Shown: positions 11,332-24,022 of the stretch, piece after piece
Position numbering within the stretch: the first letter of the stretch is position 1
How the letters are laid out: the number at the start of each line of letters is the position of its first letter
Assembly: GCA_026025075.1 (NCBI GenBank)
Contig: JAPEUI010000061.1
Coordinates: 62,001-106,674, forward strand
Reading direction: 5' to 3'
Length of the DNA: 44,674 nt
From: Vezdaea acicularis
Taxonomy: Eukaryota
Program-made: the position numbers and the translations under genes
Notes under the pieces: generated by a model
The model's input: only the letters and a program-made list of their open reading frames with translations
Told to the model about the DNA's origin: nothing
Database searches by the model: none

Positions 11332-13587
11332 TCAAAAGCGATCTCCAAACACGAACCCATGCTGACTCTTATGCCTACTTCCCCTCTCCACGGCATCGTT
11401 CCTCAGCCCCGCAAAGCCCACCTTCTCCACCACAGGCGTCTCATACCGTGGCGGCGCCCGACTCGTCATCGGCGTCGCGACGGCCGCCCCGAAAGACGGA
11501 AAGGCCTTCTCGGCCGTCTCCGCGCTGCTCGAAGTAGTTCCCCGATCGTGGTCGTAGTCACTGGCATACGTGGGCCCACCTTCGGCCCGCGTCTTGTCGC
11601 GCCCGAAGCAGATGAAGGCGGCGCGGAGGGCGCCGATGAGTACAATGATGACCCATATCAGCACGACGCACGCCGAGATGATGGCCTCTTGCCTGATGGC
11701 ACTTGCGATCTTGGACGCCATGGAGGCGACGGCGTTAGTGATCTTGTCCGTCGCTTCGGAGCTGGGGTCCGCAAGGAAGGAGTCACTCGCGTTCCTGGAG
11801 TCGCTCGCGATGCTTGCGACTGCGCCGAGACTGAAGGTGTCGTTTGGTAGGTGGGGGAAGTTGACCTGTGCGTTGTCGCTAACCCAATCTAGACCCTTCT
11901 GGATTCCGGCGATCTTGAGCCCAATAAGGCAATTCAACACCTCTGTGATAGGGGCGTACAGAGGCGTGCCACCGAACGTAGTATTCAGCGCATCCGACAG
12001 GTCGCCAACGAAGGTGTTCAGCGTATCGTTGACAGCGTGGGTGGTGGTATTCACCCAGCCAAAGACTTCTTTGTTGATGTCGGTATTGGTAGAGTCGATG
12101 ACGCGGTTTGTCTCGACAGCCCATTCCTCCGACGCATTGTTCAGGATGCCAACGACCTGGTCAGCGAACTGGCCGACCTCATTGCTAAGGGCCGGGACTT
12201 CCTTCCGAACGCTCTGAAGCAGAATATATTGGAAGAGGCAGGCGACCAGGCCGGCGAGGCCGAGGGAGAGGACGAAGAGGGCGGGGATGGAGGTCCCATA
12301 CGCGACGAACCAGCGAGTTGCAATTTGGCGTCGGGTTGACTTGAAGCGGGCGGCCGCTTTAATGCCGGCCGTTGACGTGTAGGGCCGGGAGGCGATCTGG
12401 ACGACGTCAAGGGGGTCGAAGGCATTTCGTTGGAGAAGCTGTGCACGGTCGCGCATTGAACGCCAGCGCCAGATCTCACGGTAGGCCATTGGGATACACA
12501 CGAGGATTGCTGCGACAACGAGTACGCCCGTGAAGATTCGTTTGGCAAGGTGTGCGATGTCATCGAGGTGCTGGAAGAAGTCGTTGATGTCGTTGTTATC
12601 CGAGCAGAATGTCAGTTGCTTCTTTTGGGGTACAGGGAAGACCGAGCGGTCGAAAGTGTACGTGGTCAACGATCCATTAATCAGCTTCTTGACCTCTTCG
12701 AAAGGCAGAGAAATAGCAGTGTTGGTGAAGTTCTGGACCTGGGCAAAAGTCGGTATCGAGTTGTTGAGTTTCTGGAGATCGTCGTGGATGCCGGTGGGAA
12801 GCTGGATATTCTTGAGCTTGTCAAGGGAGGGAAGGGTTAGAGGGTCTGGCTTTTTGTTGCCTCCCGTTATCCCGTTGATCACGCCGCTTATGCCGTTTAG
12901 GAATGTGTTGAGCTTATCTTGGAATGCTTTTGCATCACTGCTGATATCGTTGCTGATATCTCCCAGTGTCTTATTCAGGAAGTCGCTGAAGTCCTGGGCT
13001 ATGTCAATAGCAATATGGAGACTGCCACTGATTGCTAGGGTAATCAAGCAAACGTATGTAGATGTCATCATGTTGATGACGAACAGGACGATCTCCTCGA
13101 CACCAGTAACACTCAAGAGCAGCATAGACATGAGGCCGTTGACCGCCTTCTCCACACCTGAGGCTGCTATCTCATTAATGCCCTGAGACATGTAATGAGG
13201 CATCGAAGCCATTGCGCTGCCCATGCTTTCCACACCTTGGCATGCTGACAGGGCCTCTTTCTTTGCAGAGTCGAGATTGTCGTTCAAGCTGCGGATGGCA
13301 AGCAAAGCTCGGGCAAGGATGAGGAGTATCAGTATGGTCCATCTGTTGATCCAGACTTGCGACAGGCGTGCTCGAAGGCCGAGGTAAGGCGTCAGGCCTG
13401 GCGCTGTATTCACAACCGTTGATGGATTGTTACTACCGCCATAATAGGTGTCTTGCAACTCATGATCGCCAGGGTTGGTATTCGAAGGGACGGGAGGAAA
13501 TGAGGTTAAAGTATTGTCATGACGCCTCGCAGAGGACATCTCGGTAGCGTTTTGTAGAAATTGTCTGAGTCCAGCTAGTGGAGACAT
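11332..13587 (-). CDS. PRM1: Pheromone-regulated plasma-membrane fusion protein Prm1 (intronless)
   Basis: Motifs TPYLGLRARLSQVWINRWTILILL, ACQGVESMGSAMASMPHYM, FGWVNTTTHAVNDTLNTF and CLIGLKI, with several TM segments. The first ATG is at 13587; the ORF track start is a TTG. Confidence 0.95.
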   Translation of the reverse strand: MSPLAGLRQFLQNATEMSSARRHDNTLTSFPPVPSNTNPGDHELQDTYYGGSNNPSTVVNTAPGLTPYLGLRARLSQVWINRWTILILLILARALLAIRSLNDNLDSAKKEALSACQGVESMGSAMASMPHYMSQGINEIAASGVEKAVNGLMSMLLLSVTGVEEIVLFVINMMTSTYVCLITLAISGSLHIAIDIAQDFSDFLNKTLGDISNDISSDAKAFQDKLNTFLNGISGVINGITGGNKKPDPLTLPSLDKLKNIQLPTGIHDDLQKLNNSIPTFAQVQNFTNTAISLPFEEVKKLINGSLTTYTFDRSVFPVPQKKQLTFCSDNNDINDFFQHLDDIAHLAKRIFTGVLVVAAILVCIPMAYREIWRWRSMRDRAQLLQRNAFDPLDVVQIASRPYTSTAGIKAAARFKSTRRQIATRWFVAYGTSIPALFVLSLGLAGLVACLFQYILLQSVRKEVPALSNEVGQFADQVVGILNNASEEWAVETNRVIDSTNTDINKEVFGWVNTTTHAVNDTLNTFVGDLSDALNTTFGGTPLYAPITEVLNCLIGLKIAGIQKGLDWVSDNAQVNFPHLPNDTFSLGAVASIASDSRNASDSFLADPSSEATDKITNAVASMASKIASAIRQEAIISACVVLIWVIIVLIGALRAAFICFGRDKTRAEGGPTYASDYDHDRGTTSSSAETAEKAFPSFGAAVATPMTSRAPPRYETPVVEKVGFAGLRNDAVERGSRHKSQHGFVFGDRF

Positions 13588-13697
13588 TTTAGTATGTACT
13601 GAGTGAAGCAAGTTGGTATATTAAGGGAGTTGTAGCAGTTATAGAAAGTATGCAAATCTCATCAACACAAGTGAGCGAGAAAGACACAAAAGAAATT

Positions 13698-14174
13698 CGT
13701 TTCACTTCGACCAGCGAAGGTGAAGAGATATCGGTAGAAAAAATTTTAGGAAAGTTGTGTGGGTCAATAGACACAGGCAGCGGAAATGCGGGTGACTGAC
13801 CACTATAAGGCGGCGGAGACCGACAATGCGACCTTATGCGAGCCTATTGTCTGAAACAAAGGGCAAGAATAGCGATGCGTTTCACGACAACAGGACCTTT
13901 GACCTCTTGGTCATGCGACGACCGGCTTTGTCCAAGCAGCCGCGCTCTTGCGCCCGGAGAGAGATCGCGGTCGGTAGGCGCCTGCGCGAGAGAACGCTCA
14001 ATGGTGAGCCAGTCGTTCCTCTGTTTCAAGTTGACCGTCGGCAAAGCCAGTGGAGTGGTCAACAGCAGCGCTCCTAGTCGCGAGTAATCAGATGATACGG
14101 AGCAATGAGCAGTGTAGGGAGACAGATGAAGGGTACTTCGAGGCTATTATAAGCATTAACAGGTCCGCGTTTCA
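13698..14174. promoter_or_regulatory. Cluster of Ste12-type pheromone response elements (TGAAACR) upstream of PRM1
   Basis: TGAAACA at 13852, TGTTTCA at 14022, and CGTTTCA at 13698, 13878 and 14168. Confidence 0.6.
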
Positions 14175-15685
14175 CGAATCTGGGAGCAAAAGAACAGACG
14201 GCCGTCCGACATCTTCTTATGCGCCTTTGCGCCTGCCATTCTTCAGCGCATGGCCGTAAAGTTACTGGACGATCTCTCCATTCACCCTTCGTCGCTCTCT
14301 TGCGACTTCCCCAGAAGCGCAATGATCGCTCGGCTTTGTGGCTCGGGGATTATTGGGCGGTTGGTCATTGCCATGCACCTGCAGCCGATGAAGGCATTGA
14401 CGCGACGTCCGCGAGAGCTTGACCTACTCCCTCCGCCAGGGTCCTGGTGCTCAAACCGGTTCGACAGGTCGCTCATGGACGCTGATCAGGTACGAAGGGG
14501 TCGGATGATTGACCGAACGGAGGCTGTGCAATGCTACGGACGATCTTAACGTTGACCATCCCCCGAATCACCGGCGAATCGCGGGGGAGGAGAGGCTTCG
14601 CAGACGCCAGAGCATTCGCCACCAGAAAGCTTGGCGAACTCTGTCCCCTCTGGTGCTGTTGATGGATGGTTGGACGGTGGGCACGGACGATAACCGCCAG
14701 CGATTCGCGGAACATACAAGGTCTACCGCTCTCGACCAGCCTCACACAAAAATTCAAGCACATGACCGCCCAGCGTATGGTGGACCACTGAAAGGTTTTT
14801 CTAGCTATCTGGATCTATGATATCAAACGTGGGACGTATTGTCGGGATACCTATCTTTAGCCTATCTACGGAGTCACGAGCATTTCAGTAGTTATAGATT
14901 TGATCGCACAGCAGTTTACAGAGTGACACGTCCATCTACACAACGCTGCTCCTAAGGATTATCCCTCCCTACAGTATCGGCTACCTCAGATAAGCTTCCT
15001 GATTCGCCGTTGTCACAGCTTGAATTAGCCATGTGATTTCACCGGCAGACATCAATAAATTACACAAGTCAGAGAGCAACCAGATTACAGCGCTTTTCAA
15101 AGGGGAGAAGAAAGAGAAGATGGAAAGTAAAGGGCAGAGGCATGAGATCATCGACGAAGGCAAGGCGAGGGTCCGAGAGATCGCGAGCATGTTCAGTCCC
15201 ATCTATCCCCCGAGACGTTCCCAGAACCTACGACGTGCCTCATAAATGATGTGAGACTCCACAAATAAAGATTGCGAGCATAGCCGTCAGAGATGGAATG
15301 TGAGTGCAGAGCATGCCAAGTTGTCCTCGAACTTGTCCGAGTCAAGCGCAATTGCCTCACACATCATTTCATGTGATACGAATCACGATCCAGTGGCCGA
15401 ATGCTCGCCGGCATCTGGGAATATTCATGCCACCGTTTGATGTGCTTAAGGTGAGTCTTCGGGTCGGGTAACTTGCAAGTGGTAAGAGAATGCTGAACCG
15501 ACAGATCGAGTCCAGACTTGCAAATGAGCCACCTGAAGAGATCGATGTAGAGATCAGATGTTGGAGTCAAGATCACACGAAGCAGCGTAGTCATGAGTAT
15601 GGAAGTCATGCAGCGATCGATCCAGAATCACAGCCTCAGAAGTATCAAGCAATCATCCAAACATTCGCGATAGGGAGCGGTCGGA

Positions 15686-17696
15686 TCACGCAGTGCCTGG
15701 CGGTCCTTGCTGCTCACCTTGCCCTTGGCCAGGTTGTTGCTGCTGTTGAGCCAGAGCTGCATACCACATAGCAACATAATTATTATATCCGCCGTAAGCC
15801 GCATATGGGTCAGGTGCATCGGGTGCCCCAGGTGATGCTCCCTGGACCTGAGGTACGGGCGGGGCCTGGGATGCTTGATCTTGCGGTTGTCCATATACCT
15901 GCTGGTTTTGTGAGAAACGATCACTATGAGACCGGTCATTAAAGGAGTCGTTGGTTCGGCTACCACCGCTTCCACGCACCTATTCTTACTGTTAGCCACT
16001 ATAGTAAGTCGTAGAATGGACATATTAGACTTACTACATCGACTTTTTCTTCAATGAGTCTCTTCGCACGCTCAATCGCGTCTCTAGTGCCTACTAATCC
16101 AATCTGACGTTCCACCTCGTCGCTTCTGGTTTGCTGTGAGACGTTGATTTTACATCCACTTTGGTTTTGCATATCTTTGATTGTTTCTCCACCTGTATTC
16201 CGAGCGTCAGCTTCACAGCCACAATCGATTTAAAATGCCTTGCTTACCCTTGCCAATGATCATACCAACTGCGCCGGAAGGAACGTAAATCGAGTCATTA
16301 ATGCGATCACCTCCTCCAAAATTATTCCCAACCATACCACTAGCGGAACCCTGTCCGCCATAGGCTCCTTGTCGAGGTATGTCTCGTGATGGACCTGGAC
16401 CCTGGTTGGCCATGCTCTTTGTATCGCTATCGACAATCTCCATTATCAAGTTCTTAGCTAAAGCAGCGGCCTGCGGTGTTCCAATGAGGTTTACTGGTCG
16501 GAGCCCATTGACACTCTTCTGCTCTCCAACAATATTGACATGGCAGCCACTCCGTTCTTGAAGATCGCGGATAGTCTCTCCTCCACGTCCAATGATGAGC
16601 CCAACTGTTCTGTCTGGAACCATGATCTGCATGCTGTCTTCGCCATCTCTGAGTGCGGGTTGATGTGAGCCTGGTAGGCCTGGAGCCGGATTTGGGGGAG
16701 GACCACTACCGCCCCGACCACCGCGGTCGAATGATGTCACGCCCATATTTCTTCCATTGTCTTCAATAATACGCGATATTTCGGCCTTTGCATCTTGCCT
16801 TGCTCGGAGAGTGCCCGAAATCTTGCAGTCCCTTTTTGGTCCGGAGATATCAGGACCAGTGATGAATTGAACTCGGGCGCCAGTATCATTTTCGACACGT
16901 CTAAGGTTTTCGCCTTGCCGACCAATTATCAGACCTACCAAGGACGAATCAATTTGGATCATCTCCTGGTTGTCGTCTGCTCCACTTCTTCCAAGTGGTG
17001 ATCTATCGCCTCTGCCTCCGTACCCACGGTCGGGTGGGGAGTATGTCGTGGCTGTATCACGACGGTCGCGCAGGCCAGGTGAGAAGTGTCGTTCATTTGG
17101 GACGTCTCTACCATTTGCGCTACGCCTGTCATCCCGTCGTTCGTCACGGTATGGATTGTAGTTGTCCCGGAATGCGTCGCGGCGAGCTGGAGGGGGAGAG
17201 CGCGAGCGAGAACGTCTGCTGTAGGGCCTTCCACCACCTCTAGAATCAGACTCACGGTTTGGAGCTTACTAGTCATCAGCTATCAACCTTCAAATTTCTA
17301 CTAGAATAACTTACTTCCAATCCTACCACTAGGGTCGTAGGATACACCTTTCTCTGCAGCAATCCCCCTAGCCTTGGCAATAGCATCTGCAATACTTACC
17401 GTGCCCGAGTTTACTGGCTTGATACTGCTCAAGTCTAGGCTGCCAGAATTTGTCGGTTGCGGTAAAGAATAGCCAGCCAGGGCTGCTGATGGTGGATTCG
17501 GATATCCTTGTGGCAATCCAGGGTGCTGTGCGTGGTGGGGCGATTGTAGCGGGTTCTGAGATTGATTTCCCACACTGCCGTTATTAGAAGCTTGAGCAGC
17601 TTTGGTAAAAAGTAAGCGCAAGACCGATGCTTCTGAGAACAGATTCAACTCACTCAAGGCTGCGAGAATTGACTGGATGTTCGGTGGGTCTGCCAT
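15686..17696 (-). CDS. KH-domain RNA-binding protein, FUBP/KSRP-like (multi-exon)
   Basis: Three KH GxxG repeats (VGLIIGRQGE, VGLIIGRGGE, VGMIIGKG/GETIK) and a C-terminal Tyr-rich DPYAAYGGYNNYVAMWY motif with a poly-Q tract. Confidence 0.9.
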
Positions 17697-18239
17697 TTTG
17701 ATGAAAGCTCGTAACGGACCGACCTAAAGGGTTAATAAGGTCCGACAACCCGAGTGAGACTCCAGTCGAATTTAGAAGCACTAAGGTAATGACCGAGTGA
17801 ATGGAGGCCAGCAGGCATAAATCCCTTTCGCCCACCAGTAGATTGAGAGAATGATGAAACGGTACGTGTACTAGGTGTGTCAAAGCTGTCACTTTCTTGG
17901 AAGGATTATCATTCACCTTCAACCACCTCGCTACCACTGGACGAATAACCGGAAATTGCCGCCATGCTAACTACGATCGGCGAGCGGAAGAATTTTTAAG
18001 CTAATCTTCTTTCATGTTCGGGAGAGCAAACAATGCAAATGTCAATGTTGTACGACAAGTCAATACGCAAAGGGCGCTCCAGATAAATCTTTTATTAGTG
18101 AAGCGTGATGTCTCATACCCTAGTGCTACGTATCAGAAAGAAACCCTCTATTTCTATTTCTATTTCTATCTTTGTCTCTGTTCAAGTTATCCCTTGTCTT
18201 AAGCCAGCAACATGTAGTCAAATACGCTATGATCTCCAT

Positions 18240-20297
18240 TTAGGAAACGATGTATTTGCGAAGACCCCTGAGGCGCTCTTTGGCCAGTTCTAAGACGTCA
18301 TCATTTTTACATACAGCGAAGCGCATGTAGTCTTCGGCGAGGTGAAAGTTTTCAGGAGTATAGAACTCTATCCACGACAACAGCGAGATGCTTGTCAGTT
18401 GAAGACTCATCTCAAAAAAAATCATGAAGAGATACGTACCGGTTGGAGGGATTGCAGCGACACCAATTTCTGTAAGCAGAAACCATGCCAACTTGAAGTC
18501 GCGAGGGCGTTCCGCAACATGGGCTGGAAAGGCATAATTTTCTGGAAGTTGGACCTTGTGCATATTGACTAGGACGAAGTAGCCACCCTCTGGGTCGGAG
18601 TACTGGATGAGGAGTAAGCATCTCGGAATTCAACTTCAAGGTTGAGGGGTTCGGTCTATCGTAGCTATAATTCCTGACTGAAAGCACTCATTCACCTAGC
18701 ACTCCGCCCTCTAAACCAGAACGAGATAATACTCACGGGTAAGCCAAGCTCACTCCAAACTTGGTTGAAGCGGTCCATTTTGCCCTTCATCTCCTTCTTG
18801 CTCTCCTCCCAGAAGCCATTTTCATCTGCTTGCTCGAAGCCTATAGCAGCTGCCTCTTGTAGAGGGCTCACGCTGCTGTAGCATATTCGAGTATGGGCTG
18901 CAGCGACGTATTTTATCATATCGGCTGGCCCGATAAGCCACCCAACACGCCAACCAGTAGCATAAAAGTTCTTGCCGGCGCTGCCTACTGTGAGTGTACG
19001 ACTTGCGATCTCTGGGGAGAGAGTGGCAATCCGAGTAAAAGGAACGTAGTAAAGGCGATCATAAACTTCGTCAGACAAAATGATAATATCATGCTTGACA
19101 CAGAGATCTCCAATCGCCTGCAGCTCAGTCCGTGAGAACACCTTACCAACAGGGTTATGCCTGCCTCGATTAGACACCCCGTTAAGAAGACAGGCTGGCA
19201 CATACGCACGGAGAATTCAAGACCTGGAAGACCCAAAACATTAGCAAAGCATAGATAGCAAACAGTGTTCCCTATCTTACAATCATTTTGGTTCTTGGTG
19301 TAATGACTCTTTTTAGATCTTCGATATTGAATGACCATTCCGCGGCGGAGCAAATCTCGGTAGCCCCTTTTGGTGGAGGATGAAGCGGGACGTATTTTAT
19401 GGTCCCTCCAGGCATTGCGATGTTACTCAAATACTGATCAAAGTAGGGTTCGAATAATATGACTTCATCCCCCTGATCAATGAAGGCCATGAAAGCACTT
19501 AGCATGCCTTCATTTGCCCCAGTCGTGATGACCACCTCCGCATCAGGATCAATTTTTTTATGGAAGAAAGGCGAATACGCATTAGCTAAGGCCTTCTTCA
19601 ATCGAGGACGGCCCTATCTTGACTCTTAGTCTTTTACTTGTGAGTCAGACCGTTTTCACTAACCTTGGTTGGAGCATATTGATTACAATCGACGTCGTCA
19701 AGGGCACGTTTGGCTGCATCGATGACGAACTTGGGGGGGTTGTAGCCACTGCTCATGATTTAGCTCATGTAGTAATCCCTTGCCACCTAGGACCCTCACA
19801 AAAAACCCTGGCCCATGTTCACAATAGGCTAGAGGGGCTAAAGTCAGCAGAGGTAAATCTCAGCTCCTGGTTCTGACACCTGCCTGTACGGGTGATGCGG
19901 CGGCACCTTCATTAATGATGGACCTATGACCTATCAGGAAATTTTTTGGATAGCATTGAAATGCATTGAAGGACAGAAGCATTATAATTTTGTTCTTTTA
20001 CACCACGTTGATGTTCTGTGTATACCAGAAATCTTAATCAAAAGTAGATCTGTCATTGCAGCGGATAGAAAGGCTTTCCAATAGGAAAGCCTGAGATTCC
20101 TCACTGAGTACTCACCATACATCTTGCTTCTGATGAGATACACGACTGGTTGGTCGTGCAGAAAACGACATCTCTTGCCGAGGTGATGTGACAGAGCTTG
20201 TAAATATCCAGCGGGGTGCCTTGTTCGAGAATAGTCCGAGGATACCAACTGTCTGGTGCAAGCTCAATTGTAATGGGAACGCTCTATAAGCGATCAT
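18240..20297 (-). CDS. BNA3: Kynurenine aminotransferase Bna3-like (class I PLP), many exons
   Basis: Spliced motifs QDVWSIINE, VNMGQGFFGY, TTGANEG, LNSPHNPVGKVF, SDEVY, GSAGKNFYATGWRVGW and MRFAVCK. Confidence 0.93.
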
Positions 20298-20546
20298 ATA
20301 GAGCGACACAGGGTCAAAAAACCCAGCGACGAAGTAAAATCGAATATATAGTCTCTGTGATTATGATCTCACTTGAGAATCAACGTCTTATGGTCGTTAC
20401 GTTGGTGGCGAGGGTAGCTCCATCGCATCTCACTTCTCTCACGTAATCCCCCGTATGTTAACGACCGAACATGCAACGAAAAATCACTTCCGTGGCCTAT
20501 TGAAGTCTTTTATTTTTAGCTCCTTTAAACCTTGGCAACTAAAGTC

Positions 20547-22226
20547 ATGGTAAGCTGTCCGATCTGTGGGCAGATTGTCAAAGAAGTGAACATAAACCGT
20601 CATCTTGACTCCGGTTGTGAGACTTTCGTTGAAACGACTCCTTCGCCTGCTATAAGCTCACAAGCTGGGCCAATCCCCAAGAATAATAATGTATCATCAT
20701 TTTTTACTACACCTTCAGCGAACCGTTCTTTAGTCACTCCTTCGAAAAGCGTCCCACCAGCAACAAGTCGGGAGCTACCGCAGGCCCTCAAAAATGAGGG
20801 CAACAGTGGCGCCACACCTCAAGGAATCAAACGACAACCCGAAACGGCAGCTACGAACAGTACGCATGCACATGAACCTGTTTGTCATCCCGAATCCGTG
20901 CGTCCCCCTAAACGGACCAAGCCCAATCCATTTGAAGATATAGCGCCCCTCGCAGATCGAATGCGACCCAAGCATCTCGACGAGATATGTGGTCAAGACC
21001 TTGTCGGTCCGAATGGCGTGCTTCGTGGACTTATTGAGCAAGACAGAGTACCCTCCATGATATTATGGGGCGGATCAGGTACTGGCAAGACGACCATCGC
21101 AAGGGTTATTGCGAATATGGTTGGAAGTCGCTTCATTGAAATCAACAGCACGAGCTCAGGGGTAGGCGAGTGCAAGAAGCTCTTCGCGGAGGCGAAGAAT
21201 GAACTAGGTTTAACAGGAAGAAAAACGATTATATTCTGCGATGAGATACACCGCTTCTCCAAGTCGCAACAAGACGTGTTTTTGGGACCCGTAGAGAACG
21301 GTCAAATCACCCTAATTGGAGCAACCACCGAGAATCCGTCCTTCAAAGTGCAAAATGCCCTGCTTTCACGTTGTCGGACATTTACTTTGCAGAGGCTTGC
21401 TGATAGTGATATAAAAACCATTTTGACTCGAGCTCTCGACAGTCAAAAGGAGGCATACCAACCTTCTGCTCTCATAGATGCGGAGCTTATATGCTATCTA
21501 GCAACTTTTGCTGACGGGGACGCTCGTACAGCTCTCAACTTGCTTGAACTAGCCATGTCACTATCAATTCGTAAAAATATAACCAAAGAAGAGATCAAGA
21601 AAGCATTAACTAAAACGTTGGTGTATGACCGTGCTGGAGACCAACATTATGATACAATATCAGCATTCCATAAGTCTATACGGGGCTCTGATCCCGACGC
21701 TGCCCTGTTCTGGCTTGCCCGAATGCTTCAATCTGGAGAGGATCCGCTGTATATTGCCCGTCGCCTTATTGTCGTAGCATCAGAGGATATAGGCCTGGCC
21801 GACAATACAATGCTATCACTGGCTACTGCTGCTTACTCTGCGGCGGAGAAAATCGGTATGCCCGAATGTCGCATTAATTTAGCCCACGCTACAGTGGCAT
21901 TTGCTTTATCCAAGAAAAGCACACGTGCATATCGGGGCCTGGGAAAAGCAACGGCAGCGCTTCAGATACCTGGTGTCGCTAATTTGCCAGTGCCCGTTCA
22001 TCTTCGAAATGCACCAACAAAACTAATGAAGGAGCTCGGGTATGGCAGAGACTATAAATATAATCCAGATTACAGGGATGGGAAGGTCTTCCAAGAGGTT
22101 GGGGCTTCCATCAATCGTGCAACCTCAAGGTGTACTAATATTTAGCAGTACCTTCCAGAGGCCCTAGAACAGCAGATATTTCTTGAAGACGATGATCTCG
22201 GTACCGAAGTAGATCCTGAGTACTAA
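20547..22226 (+). CDS. MGS1: DNA-dependent AAA+ ATPase Mgs1/WRNIP1
   Basis: N-terminal UBZ finger CPIC...HLDSGC, Walker A GGSGTGKTT, DEIHRF, GATTENPSF and ISAFHKSIRGSDPDAA. The last exon YLPEAL...DPEY stops at 22224-22226. Confidence 0.96.
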
Positions 22227-22285
22227 TTCTAGGATGGTCCTGCTTCCATCCGGCTCTGCCGACTTCTTAACGGTATAGCTCTGTC

Positions 22286-23401
22286 TCATCGTGCCCTACC
22301 GCCGCTAGCGGGAAAATTTCGAGCGCTGAGAAGTACTCCTTTGATGCTTATAATCTCAGCCTTCACTCTTGCGATTTCATCTACTTCGTTCGTGCGAGAA
22401 TTGCCAGAAGCTGTTATTCCATCTTGCTTACTATTCTTTGAATAGTACGGGCTTGTGTAATATAGGTTGTCGAGGTACTTGGTTAATTGCTGTACGGTAC
22501 TCTCGACAATCTCGTCTCCAAATCTGTCGTTGTTCTCATCCAACAAGTCAGAGAGCTGCTGGTGCAATTCTTTTAACTTCGACTCTTGCGCATTCAGTGT
22601 TGCCAAACCATCAAGGGGATCTGAGCACACTGACGAAGCCTGTGAATGGACATCTGAGGTCTGGGTACCAACGTCTACATGGAACAGCTCTGTTGGGTCT
22701 GATTCTATAGAAGTGGTCGAAACTGCATCCTCTTTGCCGTGATATTCTATTCCAAAGGAGTTTCCTGTCTTGGGGACCTCTGTGACAGTAGATACAAGCT
22801 TCGTGTTGAGCTTAGTAAGATTATCAACCGCTGTAAGTGCGAGAGAGTGTCGCGCTTCATTCATTTTTTCAATCAGTGGTTCCATGACGTATTTATTAGC
22901 CCCATAGAGTGTGAGTGCGGCGCTGCTAGCTAAGTAGACTGTCTGCAGAACTCGTTGGGCGGTCAGAAGAGGAGATGCTGGAGGCTGCATAAGGAACTCG
23001 GGGTACGTGATAATAGGAGGGGTTTCCGTATCTATTCTACTAAGAATGGAAGAGGGGCCTTCAGAAGATTGTGGTTTGGAGGGCGGGTTGGTCTATAAGC
23101 CAAGCTGTCAGTAACAGTATAAAGGCACCGACAGATTTATCATATGCATCGAGTATCTTCTAGAATCCTAACATGGGGTACCACTAACAGGACTACTGAT
23201 CTCCGATTTTGGCTCCATCAAGGCTTCTATCTCGTCACTAGTGAGACCTTTCCTCTCCAGAAACGCTCTCTTCTGGGCCAGCGGCGCATTTCGAGTCCCG
23301 TCCTCTTCAAGAAACTTTCGCCCTTGCTCTATTAAAAGACCTCGTGAGATAGGATAGTCTGCTTCACCAGCGGCTAGAGGTTTCGCTTCAGGGTCACTCA
23401 T
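22286..23401 (-). CDS. Pex14 N-terminal-domain peroxin, Pex14/17 (Pex33)-like (2 exons)
   Basis: Pex14_N-like LIEQGRKFLE...KRAFLERKGLTSDEI, then PPIITYPEFLM, a hydrophobic segment, coiled coils and C-terminal KAEIISIKGVLLSARNFP. Confidence 0.8.
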
Positions 23402-24022
23402 GGCCGGGCGCAGCGCGTTGCTTGTTGAAAGGCGACTTGTGGTCGGCCGACATTCATGAAGGCTTGCTTCGGCTGCGCAAGAGCGGGCACTAAGCACAAG
23501 TGGCGCGGTAGTTTAGCTCGCCAACTTCCTTCCCCGTGCATTTTATGTCTTACCATTGCACTAACTATTGCATAACCCTTCCCCTGCAACAGGCTTTATG
23601 CAAAAATGGCGGACAGAGTTGCTAGGCGTCCCAGACGCATCAATTCTCCCCCAAACTATGACGAGGGTGATGATAGCACAGGCTGGGATACCCCTTCGCG
23701 CATAAAGAGCAACAGAGCGGACAGTAAGGTGAACGACGGGTAAGCAAGCAAATTCTCGTAGAAATAGGCCAATTCGTCAAGTCGTTCCTAACGGGACGAC
23801 TGTTTCTTTGATATGATCCATATGCAAAACTACTACGTTCAGCTTCATTTAAATGCCTGATGAAGCTTTTGTTACCTGGTACGCGATGCACGATTGGCCC
23901 AGTGAAGTGACTGCACTTCATAGTTGATCCAACTCCCACCAAGACACGGTTCTTGCTGGAGGGTAGACTTTCAAAGTCGCAACTTCTCGTCATTTCAATT
24001 CTCATATCTCGCTCATCCCGCA

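Noticed and set aside
11359..13186. Long plus-strand ORFs (163-218 aa) opposite PRM1
   Set aside because: Antisense shadows of a GC-rich coding strand with no recognisable domains.
1..13587. SPO22 and PRM1 close together, considered as a mating-type locus or sex-gene cluster
   Set aside because: No MAT HMG or alpha-box gene and no APN2, SLA2 or COX13 flanks; the intervening genes are unrelated housekeeping genes.
17392..17400. ATACTTACC resembling the U1 snRNA 5' end
   Set aside because: It lies antisense within KH-protein coding sequence and no U1 structure follows.
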